Shown here: positions 51,176 to 61,597 of the stretch, piece by piece
Numbering within the stretch: position 1 is the first letter of the stretch
How the letters are laid out: every line of letters begins with the position of its first letter
Assembly: GCA_965602015.1 (NCBI GenBank)
Contig: OZ271918.1
Span: 1,984,001-2,048,000 of the forward strand
Length of the DNA stretch: 64,000 nt
Origin: Salinispira sp.
Lineage (GTDB): Bacteria; Spirochaetota; Spirochaetia; DSM-27196; Salinispiraceae
Reading direction: 5' to 3'
Notes under the pieces: generated by a model
Databases searched by the model: none
Seen by the model: only the letters and a program-made list of their open reading frames with translations
What the model was told of the DNA's origin: nothing
Position numbers and translations under genes: made by a program

Positions 51176-52564
51176 TCACAATTCACCGCCTTGGGTAAAG
51201 AGTTTTTTGGAATCCCTGTTATACCAGATCATGGTAATGCCCACCGTAATGAGGTCTGCCACCGGGAAGGCCCAGGCCATTGCCCGTACTCCGCCGAGGA
51301 CCGCAAATGCCACAACCAACGGAAGGAGCAGGAGAAACTGTCTGCTGGTGGAGAGAAGAAATGAAGGCCACATCCTCCCCAGCGCCTGAAAATACGAGGC
51401 CCCGAGTATCTGGAACCCGACCAGAGGCAGCATGAGAAAAACGACCCTCAGGAAATATATCCCTGATTCAATAAGCCGTGAATCGCTGCTGAATAAACGC
51501 ATCAATTGCCCCGGAAATGCCATGAAAACTACGAAAAATGCTCCGGAAATAATCACACCCCTGCGGAATGAGAGAGACATTACCTGTTTTACCCGTGCGT
51601 ATTGCCTGGCTCCGAAATTAAAACCGGCAATGGGCTGCATTCCTTGAACAAGGCCAAAAAGCGGCATGAGGGAAAACATCATCAGGCGATTGATAACCCC
51701 CATGACGGCAATAAGAATATCCGGCTGGGCCGAATAGCTGCGGATCACGTTGTTTACCACAATTAAAAGCGCTGAAGTTCCACTCTGGCGAAGAAAGGTG
51801 GGAATACCCAGGCCGCTGATTTCCCGGGCCAGGGCAAGGCGAGGCAGCAGGTAATGAAGTCTTATGTGGTAATTGCTTTTTTTGCTGAGGATGTAGGAAT
51901 ATCCGAGGAAAAAATTAAGAAACTGTCCGGAAATTGTCGCAAGGGCGGCTCCCCGAACACCCCAGCCGAATACAAAAATGAAAATGGGGTCCAAAATAAT
52001 ATTCAATACCGCACCGGAAAGCATAATCAGCATGCTCATCCGGGCGTTCCCCTCGGCGCGGATAAAGTTATTGGCGGTCATTGCCATGCTCAGGGGGATA
52101 AATCCGAATAAAACCGTGCGGGCGTAGTCCCGGGCATAAGGAAGGGTTTCCTCAGTCGCCCCCACGAATACAAGCACGTCATCAAGGAAGAGCTGGAGCA
52201 AAACAAAGCTGATGACCCCCAGCCCAAGGACAAAGGAGATGGCGGTTCCCAGGGTCCGGTCCGCATCTTCCCGCCTTCCCGCGCCTAAAAAACGCGAGGC
52301 CATGGATGCTCCACCAACGCCGAACATTAGTCCCACAGCTCCGATTATCATCTGAATGGGAAATGCCAGCGAAAGGGCCGCGATTCCCAGGGGGCCCACA
52401 CCCTGTCCGACAAAAATGGCATCGACGAAGTTATAGAGGGCATTGATAAACATGGCGAACATTGCCGGGAGCGAGAGATTGGTGAGTAACCGGGAAACCG
52501 GCATTGAACGCAGGCGCTCCTCGCGGCTGAGGGCCGCATCGGAGGCTGAAGTGCTATTTGACAT
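51176..52564 (-). CDS. MATE family efflux transporter
   Basis: YNFVDAIFVGQ, NIILDPIFIF..GVRGAALAT, GFNFGA. Confidence 0.95.
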   Translation of the reverse strand: MSNSTSASDAALSREERLRSMPVSRLLTNLSLPAMFAMFINALYNFVDAIFVGQGVGPLGIAALSLAFPIQMIIGAVGLMFGVGGASMASRFLGAGRREDADRTLGTAISFVLGLGVISFVLLQLFLDDVLVFVGATEETLPYARDYARTVLFGFIPLSMAMTANNFIRAEGNARMSMLIMLSGAVLNIILDPIFIFVFGWGVRGAALATISGQFLNFFLGYSYILSKKSNYHIRLHYLLPRLALAREISGLGIPTFLRQSGTSALLIVVNNVIRSYSAQPDILIAVMGVINRLMMFSLMPLFGLVQGMQPIAGFNFGARQYARVKQVMSLSFRRGVIISGAFFVVFMAFPGQLMRLFSSDSRLIESGIYFLRVVFLMLPLVGFQILGASYFQALGRMWPSFLLSTSRQFLLLLPLVVAFAVLGGVRAMAWAFPVADLITVGITMIWYNRDSKKLFTQGGEL

Positions 52565-52607
52565 AAAAACGATCCTTCCTGATAATCAAATGTAACCAGG
52601 AGGTACC

Positions 52608-52898
52608 ATGAACAGCAAGTTACTAATGGAAGAATACGATGTTGAAATCGATGACGTCCGCTGGTACCTTTCGGTTCTCAGAGCAGAAGAAGTATTATCT
52701 CACTATCAGGAACCAAAAATTTTAATCCGAATGATTTGGGACAAAAGTCTCGAGGACTCACTATACAACATGGAAGAACGGTATTTAGCAGATCTCGACC
52801 GCGAGCTCCTGGACGGGAGCGCCGATGAAGTCAAAATCCGCCAAATATTCAGTGAAATAAAGGCCGCAAGACGGCGGCGCCGCAGCACCACCGTCTGA
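52608..52898 (+). CDS. Hypothetical protein (96 aa)
   Basis: AGGAGGT SD; fills the gap between MATE and the phosphosugar mutase. Confidence 0.8.
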   Translation: MNSKLLMEEYDVEIDDVRWYLSVLRAEEVLSHYQEPKILIRMIWDKSLEDSLYNMEERYLADLDRELLDGSADEVKIRQIFSEIKAARRRRRSTTV

Positions 52899-52915
52899 TT
52901 CGAACATAGCGGCGA

Positions 52916-54688
52916 TTACTTTTTCGCCGCCGCAATAACCGACTCGATAAAATCTTCGATGCCTTCAATTTTCTTGTGAACTTCGCGCCGGGATTGTTCC
53001 AGCTCCACCCCGGGCTCGTCTTTAACCGAGGTGTAAAATTTGATCTTCGGTTCGGTTCCGGAAGGCCGGGCATTAAGGATGCTTCCGTCCGCCAAAATGA
53101 ACTGTAGAACGTTGGAACCGGGCAGGTCGATATCTTTTACCTTTTTTCCGCTGGTAATATCCAGGGTGGTACCGTCGGAAATGTCTCTCATTTTTGCAAC
53201 CGCGATGCCCCCGATTTCCTTCGGGGGATTGCTGCGCAAACCGGCCATCATGTTGTTCATAATGCCGATTCCGTCGGCCCCTTCGAAATACTTACTGATC
53301 AGGGTCTCCTGATAAAAACCGAATTCACGGTGAATTTCCGCAAGCCGTTGGAGAAGGGTCTTGCCCTGGCGGCGGTAATACAGAGCCATTTCGATGGTTA
53401 CCACCGTGGCAGTAATGGAATCCTTGTCACGAACCTCGGTGCCGATCATGAATCCGTAACTCTCTTCCCCGCCCATTACGTACTGCGGGCCTCCTGCAGC
53501 TTCGAACTCCCGGATTTTTGACGCAATCCACTTGAAACCTGTGAGGGTCTCAAATGCCTGCGCTCCGTACTTAGCGGCTATCCGCCGTTGCAGGTCTGTG
53601 CTGACAATGGTATTTACGAAGGCGGGCTTTTCCGGGAGGGTTCCCAGCTCCTTCATGGATCCGAAAATATAATCAACAAGGAGGACGCCGTGCTCGTTTC
53701 CGTTCAAGAGCACAAACTCTCCGGCGTCATTTTTTACCGCAATACCTACCCGGTCAGCATCAGGGTCGGTACCCAGCACAATATCAGCATCTTCCTTCTT
53801 TGCCAGGTCTAACGCGAGTTTCATCGCGCTGGCTTCTTCGGGATTGGGAAATTCCACGGTGGGAAAATCACCGTCGGGATCCCGTTGCTCCGGAACAATG
53901 GAAACATGGATTCCCAGTTCATTCATTACCCGTTCGACCATCATTGTTCCGGTTCCGTGAAGCGGAGTATATACGGCCTTGATGTCGTGGGGACCGTGCA
54001 TGAGCATATCGGGTCTGACAATCTGGCGTTTTACCATTTCGACGAATTTATTATCGAGATCCGCATCGATGTATTCTACCATCCCCTTGGCCAGAGCATC
54101 ATCGAAATCCATGCTGCGGACTTCACTGGTCACCGCCTTTACTTCGCCGATAATTCCCGCATCATGAGGAGCGGTTATTTGGGCCCCGTCCTGCCAGTAT
54201 ACCTTGTACCCGTTGTACTTCTTGGGATTGTGACTGGCGGTACAGACTATGCCGCTGGTACAGCCCAGCTCCCGAACGGTAAAACTCAGCTCAGGCGTAG
54301 GCCGGAGTGCAGAAAACAGGTAGACGTGGAGTCCGTTGGCAGCCAATACCTGCGAAGCAGTTCGGGCGAAGAGCGGGGAGTTATGCCGGCTGTCATAGGC
54401 AATGGCGACCGATAATCGGCCCTTGCTGTCTTTTATGCCGTGCTTGAGGAGATAATTGGACAATCCTTGCGTGGTGCGTTGAATTACCAGGGGATTCATG
54501 CGGTTAAAGCCGCCGCCCATTACACCGCGAATACCGCCGGTTCCAAAGCTCAGATCGGTGTAAAACCGCTCAAAAAGCTCTTCTGTATTTTTTTCTTTAA
54601 TCAGGGTTTCGACTTCTGAACGGAAATCACCGTGCTGTTCCTGATCTACATATTCTTTGGCCCGTTCCATGATGGCCTTGGTATCCAT
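52916..54688 (-). CDS. Phosphoglucomutase/phosphomannomutase family
   Basis: FGTGGIRG, TASHNP, DPDADR, EESYG, RPSGTEPKIK; ATG 54688 with AGGAGG SD. Confidence 0.96.
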   Translation of the reverse strand: MDTKAIMERAKEYVDQEQHGDFRSEVETLIKEKNTEELFERFYTDLSFGTGGIRGVMGGGFNRMNPLVIQRTTQGLSNYLLKHGIKDSKGRLSVAIAYDSRHNSPLFARTASQVLAANGLHVYLFSALRPTPELSFTVRELGCTSGIVCTASHNPKKYNGYKVYWQDGAQITAPHDAGIIGEVKAVTSEVRSMDFDDALAKGMVEYIDADLDNKFVEMVKRQIVRPDMLMHGPHDIKAVYTPLHGTGTMMVERVMNELGIHVSIVPEQRDPDGDFPTVEFPNPEEASAMKLALDLAKKEDADIVLGTDPDADRVGIAVKNDAGEFVLLNGNEHGVLLVDYIFGSMKELGTLPEKPAFVNTIVSTDLQRRIAAKYGAQAFETLTGFKWIASKIREFEAAGGPQYVMGGEESYGFMIGTEVRDKDSITATVVTIEMALYYRRQGKTLLQRLAEIHREFGFYQETLISKYFEGADGIGIMNNMMAGLRSNPPKEIGGIAVAKMRDISDGTTLDITSGKKVKDIDLPGSNVLQFILADGSILNARPSGTEPKIKFYTSVKDEPGVELEQSRREVHKKIEGIEDFIESVIAAAKK

Positions 54689-54815
54689 GATTCCTCCTGG
54701 GCGTCCCATAACCGGACGCCGAACTGCAGCTTGATCTGTTTGCTGCAAATACTACGAAGTCCCAGAGTTATCTGTCAACTGTCGTCTCTTCTCATTATAT
54801 GATAGGATCGGTCAA

Positions 54816-55745
54816 ATGGCTAAAAAAGGGCGTCGGGCAAGCAATACTGACAAAACCGAAGAATTCGAACAGTTTTACTCCCGAATGTATCCTCGAAGAT
54901 GGGCTGAACTGAAGCAGGCCATGCAGGGTAGTCAGTCCTACCACAGGCTGGTCGCGGGCCTTCGCAGCGAGTATTTCCTCGACCCCGCGTCATACCTCAG
55001 CGGCAGCTATCTTGAAGCCCGCGTAGAGCACCGTATTCTGGACCTCTGCGCCGCCCCGGGCGGCAAGACCCTGGTAATCCTGTCCAACATGTTGGCAGAG
55101 GCCGCCGCAGCAGCTCCTGAACTAGCTCTCCAGGAATGTGCATCCCGGTTGGATTTCACCGCGAACGAGCGGTCAGCCAGCCGCCGGGGCCGCTTAAAAA
55201 CCGTCCTCCACAGCCACCTGCCGGAAGAAGTCGCCCAGGTCGTAAAGGTTCGAGGACACGACGCAGCCAGATGGGGGCAGATCGAGCCCGAAGCGTACGA
55301 CCGCATCATGCTGGACGTCCCCTGCTCCTCCGAGCGGCATGTCCTGAAGAGTCCGAAACACCTCGGGCAATGGTCGCCTTCCCGGAGCCACAGACTGGCC
55401 CAGCAGGCCTACAGCTTTTTACTGTCCGCCCTTCAGGCCCTTAAACCCGGCGGCCTGGTGGTCTATTCCACTTGCGCCCTCTCGACCGGAGAAAACGACG
55501 GGGTCATTGACCGGGTGATGAGCAGAGCGCAAAAAAAAGGCGACATGTCAATTATGACCGATAATCGGAGGATTATCGCCGGCCCCTATGCCGCTCTGGC
55601 ACCTGAATACGAAGGGAAAGGGGCCGACGGGGTCGGCAGACCGCTTCCCGAATGGGTGGAGGAGACCGCTCTTGGTTTCGCAGTCCTGCCGGACAAGGCA
55701 GCCGGCCGGGGACCCATGTATTTCTCGCGGCTCAAAAAACTCTGA
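54816..55745 (+). CDS. RsmB/RsmF/NOP2 family RNA m5C methyltransferase
   Basis: DLCAAPGGK, LDVPCS, VYSTC..END. Confidence 0.92.
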   Translation: MAKKGRRASNTDKTEEFEQFYSRMYPRRWAELKQAMQGSQSYHRLVAGLRSEYFLDPASYLSGSYLEARVEHRILDLCAAPGGKTLVILSNMLAEAAAAAPELALQECASRLDFTANERSASRRGRLKTVLHSHLPEEVAQVVKVRGHDAARWGQIEPEAYDRIMLDVPCSSERHVLKSPKHLGQWSPSRSHRLAQQAYSFLLSALQALKPGGLVVYSTCALSTGENDGVIDRVMSRAQKKGDMSIMTDNRRIIAGPYAALAPEYEGKGADGVGRPLPEWVEETALGFAVLPDKAAGRGPMYFSRLKKL

Positions 55746-55809
55746 GTACCGGTATTTACTGTAGATTTCAGCTTTAATTTCAGACGACCTTGTGATACAA
55801 CTGGCAGAT

Positions 55810-57843
55810 ATGTCCGACAAGCTTCAACACCTTTTAAACCCCGAGCAATACGAAGCGGTAAGCACGGTAAACGGTCCTCTGCTGATTATTGCCGGCGCGG
55901 GATCTGGGAAAACCAGGGTCATCACCTATCGAATAAGCGAAATGCTCAGACAGGGGGTGAACCAGTCGGCGATTCTTGCCCTCACGTTCACCAACAAGGC
56001 AGCCCGGGAAATGTCCGGCCGGGTGAGAGAGCTGGTGGGACGCAAGCTTCCCCAGCTAACGGTTTCGACCTTCCATTCTTTCGGGGTTCAGATTCTCAAA
56101 AAGCATATTTCTGTTCTCGGCTGGCGGGAGAACTTCACCATCTACGACAACAATGACCAAAAGAGTCTTGTAAAGGAATGTGCCAGGGAACTCAAATGGA
56201 ACCTGGAGTACCTTGATTTTAACCACTGCCTCAACACATTTTCGCGGATAAAAACCGGACGAAGCCGATGGGCAGACCCCGAAATCGATGACAGTCTCCA
56301 GCCGCTCTACGAGGAGTATCAAAGTCACCGGAAACTCTACAACGCACTGGATTTCGACGATCTTATTCAATTGCCCATCGAAATTCTCATGAACCATGCG
56401 GCCATTTTGAAAGAATACCAAAAGCGCTACCGCTACATCATGGTGGATGAGTTCCAGGATACTTCGACCCAGCAGTATCAGATGATGAAACTTCTTGCGG
56501 ACGGTAGCAGGAATATCTGTGTTGTGGGAGATGACGACCAGAGCATATATTCCTGGCGGGGTGCGAACTTCGATAACATCAGGAATTTCGAAAGGGATTT
56601 TCCCGAGCTCGTCGAGATAAAACTCGAGCAGAACTACCGGTCGACGGGAACAATTCTCGAGGCTGCCAATCACCTAATAAAAAACAACAAAAACCGGAAG
56701 AAAAAGGCCCTTTGGACCGGGGGCGAGGGCGGGAAACCCATCGAACTGTACCAGCCGGCGGATGAGCGCTCTGAGTCGGGTTTTATCTGCGACATGATAC
56801 AGACCCTTAACCTGCGGGAACGGATCAGGTATCACGACATCTGCGTGCTAATCCGGACCAATGCCCTGGCCCGGCCGATAGAGGAAGAGCTGCTAGCGCG
56901 AAACCTGCCCTACCGCATAACCGGGGGGCAGAGTTTCTTTGAAAGGGCAGAAATTCGGGACATGATTGCCTACATGCGTGCGGTGATCAATCCGGATGAT
57001 GATATCAGCCTTCTCCGGATTCTCAACACGCCCCGAAGGGGAATCGGGAAAAAAACCCTGGAGGACCTCACCGGCCTCGCGGACCGCCAGCCCGGGACAA
57101 GCCTCTTTGGCGCCATGAAAATCCTCACCCTGGCTGAGGATAGCCCTTTAGGTAAAAGATCAAAGGCCGATCTCGAAGAATTCATTGAACTACTCGAAGA
57201 GTACCGGCCAAAGTTTCTTAAACCGGGAAACATCGCCGATACCCTGCGCCATCTCATCGCAAAAATCGATTACTGGGGCCATTTGGTCGGCGAGTTTCAG
57301 GGAAACGACAAAATTGCCAAATTCCGGATGAAAAACGTCGAGTTGTTCTCAGGAATGATTCAACAATGGGAACGGGATCCGGATAATCTAAATCCGTCTA
57401 TTTTTACCTACCTGAACCGGATCACCCTTGCGGGCAAAGATGAAGAGGACAGTGAAGAGGGAAAAATAAACCTCATGACCATCCATTCGGCAAAGGGGCT
57501 TGAGTTCGATGTGGTGTTCATAGCAGGCGTTGAGGAAAACATCATTCCCCATCAGCGCAGTCTTGAAGAGAATGATGCGGGCAGTTACGAGGAAAATCTG
57601 GAGGAAGAGCGGCGTTTGTTTTACGTCGCCCTGACCCGTGCCAAGATGAAGCTGTATTTGACGGTGTGCCAGCAGCGAAAGGTCATGAGAGACCTGATGA
57701 GCATGAACGTCAGCCGGTTCATAGAAGAAATACCCGAGCACCTCATCGATATAAAGGAACCCGACACGGAGATAAGCGAGGAAGAAGCTCATGACTATTT
57801 TGAGCTCATGAAAGCTCGTTTCGCCGCCGTCGAAGAGAAGTGA
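55810..57843 (+). CDS. UvrD/Rep/PcrA superfamily 1 DNA helicase
   Basis: AGAGSGKT, TFTNKAA, DEFQD, GDDDQSIYSWRGA, LEQNYRS, TIHSAKGLEF, EERRLFYVALTRA. Confidence 0.97.
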   Translation: MSDKLQHLLNPEQYEAVSTVNGPLLIIAGAGSGKTRVITYRISEMLRQGVNQSAILALTFTNKAAREMSGRVRELVGRKLPQLTVSTFHSFGVQILKKHISVLGWRENFTIYDNNDQKSLVKECARELKWNLEYLDFNHCLNTFSRIKTGRSRWADPEIDDSLQPLYEEYQSHRKLYNALDFDDLIQLPIEILMNHAAILKEYQKRYRYIMVDEFQDTSTQQYQMMKLLADGSRNICVVGDDDQSIYSWRGANFDNIRNFERDFPELVEIKLEQNYRSTGTILEAANHLIKNNKNRKKKALWTGGEGGKPIELYQPADERSESGFICDMIQTLNLRERIRYHDICVLIRTNALARPIEEELLARNLPYRITGGQSFFERAEIRDMIAYMRAVINPDDDISLLRILNTPRRGIGKKTLEDLTGLADRQPGTSLFGAMKILTLAEDSPLGKRSKADLEEFIELLEEYRPKFLKPGNIADTLRHLIAKIDYWGHLVGEFQGNDKIAKFRMKNVELFSGMIQQWERDPDNLNPSIFTYLNRITLAGKDEEDSEEGKINLMTIHSAKGLEFDVVFIAGVEENIIPHQRSLEENDAGSYEENLEEERRLFYVALTRAKMKLYLTVCQQRKVMRDLMSMNVSRFIEEIPEHLIDIKEPDTEISEEEAHDYFELMKARFAAVEEK

Positions 57844-58460
57844 TAAAAAAGCCCGGATTGCCACATGATAATGCCCGCATGGTGAGTGAACTCGACGCCC
57901 GACTGGGATTGGGTGAATCCCTGCGACAGGCTTTTTTGGCGGCGGACCGGGCAAGTTTTCTGCCGCCAAGCTCCGACAGCTATGCCGACCATCCCATTGC
58001 AATCGGGTACGGACAAACCAACAGTCAGCCCTATACCGTGGCCTTTATGCTAAAACTGCTGAGTGTAAAAACGGGAATGAGCATCCTGGATGTGGGCTGC
58101 GGTTCGGGATGGAGTACCGCCTTGTTGAGCGTTTTAGCGGGATCCGCAGCGCCGCTGATTGCCACAGAGAGGATACCCGCCATCGCCGACTTTGGAAGGC
58201 AAAATCTTGCGCGTTGGGGCTTGTCCCCTGAGGTTATATGCCCGGCGGGAGAGCAGCCGGGCATACCCGGCAGAAAATTCCAACGCATTCTGGTCTCCGC
58301 CGCGGCGAAGAGTCTCCCGGATGTACTCCTCGATCAGATCGATGCTCCGGGTATCATGGTCATTCCGGTGAAAAACTCTATAGTAAAAATCGAACGGGAT
58401 TCCAGGGAAGAACTCAGCTTTTATGAGTATCCGGGGTTTTCGTTCGTGCCCCTGGTCTAA
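57840..58460 (+). CDS. pcm: Protein-L-isoaspartate O-methyltransferase
   Basis: YADHPIAIGYGQTNSQP, LDVGCGSGW, ILVSAAA, FVPLV. Confidence 0.92.
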   Translation: MIKKPGLPHDNARMVSELDARLGLGESLRQAFLAADRASFLPPSSDSYADHPIAIGYGQTNSQPYTVAFMLKLLSVKTGMSILDVGCGSGWSTALLSVLAGSAAPLIATERIPAIADFGRQNLARWGLSPEVICPAGEQPGIPGRKFQRILVSAAAKSLPDVLLDQIDAPGIMVIPVKNSIVKIERDSREELSFYEYPGFSFVPLV

Positions 58461-58466
58461 TTATGC

Positions 58467-58886
58467 TTAGTCGGAGTTTTGAGCGGGGATAATTTCGATA
58501 CTGCGTTGCACAATTTCAGGACGAAAACGCCACCGTGAGTTTTGCCCAGGTTCGGCAATTAACACGATTCCACCGAAGACCACCTCATACACGCCCTCAT
58601 CCTCACCGGCTACAATGGTAAAGGCAGGGGGGCTGTCACCCGATGAGATTTCCAATAATCCATTTCGGTCCAGCTGGAAAAGCACGGGATAATCCGGCGT
58701 AATTTTTGATGCGGACTCGGTATCTCCCAATCGGACTGCCCTCAGCAGATCATTCATGTCCGCCTGCAATGCCACACTGTGCGCATCGCCGGAACAGGAA
58801 GAAATGAGAACCATAATGGGGATGATTGCTGCGAGGCAATAAAAAAAAGGAGGGTTTCCCCTCCTTCCTCTCGTAGTAGAGAACAC
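58467..58886 (-). CDS. Putative lipoprotein
   Basis: Hydrophobic stretch then ISS-C; start uncertain because the 5' end overlaps a terminator. Confidence 0.55.
   Translation of the reverse strand: MFSTTRGRRGNPPFFYCLAAIIPIMVLISSCSGDAHSVALQADMNDLLRAVRLGDTESASKITPDYPVLFQLDRNGLLEISSGDSPPAFTIVAGEDEGVYEVVFGGIVLIAEPGQNSRWRFRPEIVQRSIEIIPAQNSD
58841..58866 (-). terminator. Intrinsic terminator after the 58888-59277 lipoprotein gene
   Basis: AAGGAGGG-GAAA-CCCTCCTT continuing into a T8 run on the minus strand. Confidence 0.75.
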
Positions 58887-58887
58887 C

Positions 58888-59277
58888 CTAGTTATACTTC
58901 ACCAGGACACCGGTTATGCGTGCGGTTGCCGGAGCAAGAACGCTGCCGGTGAAACCATTAATCAGCAGATCTACGAGGCCTGCGGAATAGGTTACGGTAA
59001 CATTTACTGCAGCGTCGGCGGTGAACTTATTGATTTCCCGCTGAACCGCATCATAGATCGCGGTGTCCATGGCATCTGCGGTAACGTTGCCGAGGTTCGC
59101 ACCACCGGATGTTCCGAGGAACTCCCAAACCTTTACCTCAATGTCGAATTCACCGACGGCGGTATAGTTTTGAAGATTCTTCGTTACCTGAATTCCCGAA
59201 AGCTGGAAGGTTGTACAAGAGCCGAGCAAAAGGACAACCAGCACTGCCAGGGAAATAAGTCGTACAGATTTTTTCAT
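58888..59277 (-). CDS. Small lipoprotein
   Basis: Lipobox LGS-C; AAGGAGG SD. Confidence 0.85.
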   Translation of the reverse strand: MKKSVRLISLAVLVVLLLGSCTTFQLSGIQVTKNLQNYTAVGEFDIEVKVWEFLGTSGGANLGNVTADAMDTAIYDAVQREINKFTADAAVNVTVTYSAGLVDLLINGFTGSVLAPATARITGVLVKYN

Positions 59278-59353
59278 CTGTGCCTCCTTGGATTATGGCT
59301 TCCTTAATAGTAGGGAATCTGCACCGGCAACGCAAGTCCATTTGCGCAAAAAT

Positions 59354-60988
59354 CTACAGGACCGCTTCATCTTCCCTTCGCAGCTTGAACTCACTGGTGA
59401 AATGAAAGTTGATATCGGGATTCTCCCTTTGCACGTAATTCAGCTCCCATTGACCCTCAGAAAAAAATACCGTCTCACCGTCGCGATCGACGGCAATTCT
59501 CCGCTGATAGTAATTGATAAACTTGTCGAGTTTTTTGCCATCGTCGCTGGTTATCCAGCAGGCCTGGAAAAACGGGAGATTGGTAAACCTGCAGTCGGCA
59601 CCATATTCATGACGCAGACGGTACTGAATAACGTCAAACTGAAGGTTTCCTACCGTACCGACGATTTTCCGGCGGCCCTGATCCTGGATAAACAGCTGTG
59701 CCAGTCCCTCATCGGTGAGCTGCTGGACACCTTTTTCAAACTGTTTACTGCGCAGGGGATCGGCGTTAACCAGCTCCCGAAACTGTTCAGGGGAAAAACT
59801 CGGAATACCCTGATAATAAAAGTCTTCACCTTCTGTGAGGGTATCTCCTATTTTTAAATCACCCCGGTCGTACAATCCGACCACATCGCCGGGAAAAGCC
59901 CTATCGACTACGTCCTTTCTGGACGCCATAAAACTGTAGGGATTGTTGAATCTCAGCTTTTTATCGAGGCGAACATGCTGATACATGGTGCCCCTCTCAA
60001 ATGTACCGCTGCAGACTCGCAGGAAGGCAATGCGGTCCCGGTGTTTGGGATCCAAATTTGCATGGATTTTGAAGACGAATCCGCTGAAACGCCGTTCATC
60101 GGGTTCGACTATCCGGGTATTTGAGCTCCGGGCAAGCGGCGCAGGGGCCACGTCCAGAAAGGTGTTCAAGAGCTCCCGCACTCCGAAATTATTGAGGGCG
60201 GAGCCAAAAAACACTGGCGCAAGCCGACCGGCAAGGTACTCATTATGGTCAAAATCACCATAGACTCCCTCGATAAGTTCGACATCTTCAGTCAGCCGCG
60301 CCGCATCTTCATTACCGATATGTTCTGCCAATTCACCCTGATCCCGACCTTCGATGAGAATACCGTCATCCTGCAAGGTTTTTGCCCCGGGACGAAAGAG
60401 ATTAAGACTATCCTCCGCCAGGTTATATACCCCTTTGAATCGGGAACCTTGATTTACCGGCCAGGTGAGCGGTCTGACCGAGATGTTAAGTTTTTCTTCC
60501 AACACATCCATAAGTTCAAGGGGGGGGAGACCTTCCCGGTCCATTTTATTAATAAATACAATTACCGGAGTGGCCCGCATTCGACAGACTTCCATGAGCC
60601 GCTCGGTTTGCTCCTCCACACCTTTCACCGAATCGACAACAAGGATGACGCTGTCGACGGCGGTCAAGGTTCGGTAGGTATCTTCGGCAAAGTCCTTATG
60701 TCCGGGAGTATCGAGAATATTAATCAGTTTATGACGGTACTCGAAGCTCATAACCGAGGTGGCAACCGAGATTCCCCGCTGGCGCTCAATTTCCATGAAG
60801 TCGCTGGTGGCGCTACGGTCGATTTTATTCGATTTCACCGCCCCCGCTTCTCTGATGCTCCCTCCGAATAGGAGAAGTTTCTCGGTCAGGGTTGTTTTTC
60901 CCGCATCCGGGTGGCTTATAATAGCAAAGGTCCGGCGCTTTTCTATTTCAGTGTGGAGATTTTGATCGCTTACTATTTCGGTACTCAT
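59354..60988 (-). CDS. prfC: Peptide chain release factor 3
   Basis: [42 protein letters not shown]. Confidence 0.98.
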   Translation of the reverse strand: MSTEIVSDQNLHTEIEKRRTFAIISHPDAGKTTLTEKLLLFGGSIREAGAVKSNKIDRSATSDFMEIERQRGISVATSVMSFEYRHKLINILDTPGHKDFAEDTYRTLTAVDSVILVVDSVKGVEEQTERLMEVCRMRATPVIVFINKMDREGLPPLELMDVLEEKLNISVRPLTWPVNQGSRFKGVYNLAEDSLNLFRPGAKTLQDDGILIEGRDQGELAEHIGNEDAARLTEDVELIEGVYGDFDHNEYLAGRLAPVFFGSALNNFGVRELLNTFLDVAPAPLARSSNTRIVEPDERRFSGFVFKIHANLDPKHRDRIAFLRVCSGTFERGTMYQHVRLDKKLRFNNPYSFMASRKDVVDRAFPGDVVGLYDRGDLKIGDTLTEGEDFYYQGIPSFSPEQFRELVNADPLRSKQFEKGVQQLTDEGLAQLFIQDQGRRKIVGTVGNLQFDVIQYRLRHEYGADCRFTNLPFFQACWITSDDGKKLDKFINYYQRRIAVDRDGETVFFSEGQWELNYVQRENPDINFHFTSEFKLRREDEAVL

Positions 60989-61044
60989 TGGGGGCGGATG
61001 GTAGCGTATATTTAAATCTTTTGCTACAGCAAAATGCTCGCTGA

Positions 61045-61077
61045 AATCCGGGGACCCAATGAACGGGTCCCCGGATT
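61045..61077. terminator. 13-bp GC-rich hairpin, probable terminator for the upstream minus-strand genes
   Basis: AATCCGGGGACCC-N7-GGGTCCCCGGATT; weak U tract. Confidence 0.6.
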
Positions 61078-61088
61078 ATCATGAGGGG

Positions 61089-61595
61089 TTAGCGAATGCT
61101 CCAGGATGACGCATTGCGGTCCGAACGAAGGCGTTCGACCAGCCGTTCCCGATGTCCACGGGGCAAATCCATGAGCTTCCATGACTGGTATTGCAAACCA
61201 GAGGAGTTAAAGCCCAGATTCACCCGAAATGCCGAGTCCAGAATCGTAACCTGGCCCGGATTGACCCTGAAAGCAATGCGAACATCTCTCGAATCGAGAT
61301 CGGTTTCTGAATCGAAATAATATGCTTCTACCCTTTCGATTACGTATGTTCCCGGAGGAACGCTTGCGCGGATTGCATAGTCTCTGTCGGGGTTTACCAG
61401 CAGGGACATGCCGTTGGAAAAACGCAAGCGGTATCCGATAAAAAAGTTACCCTGGTCCGCGCTGTCACGGATGACGGACATAACGACCACTCCCGTGCCT
61501 TCCGGGTCTCTGGGAAGGGTGGCGCAGGATGCGAGCATAGTTGCCAGCATTACCACTGCCAGGAAAATCGATAGAGCGGGTGACAACTTCTTCAT
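61089..61595 (-). CDS. Hypothetical lipoprotein
   Basis: Lipobox LAS-C; GGAGGT SD. Confidence 0.8.
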   Translation of the reverse strand: MKKLSPALSIFLAVVMLATMLASCATLPRDPEGTGVVVMSVIRDSADQGNFFIGYRLRFSNGMSLLVNPDRDYAIRASVPPGTYVIERVEAYYFDSETDLDSRDVRIAFRVNPGQVTILDSAFRVNLGFNSSGLQYQSWKLMDLPRGHRERLVERLRSDRNASSWSIR

Positions 61596-61597
61596 GT

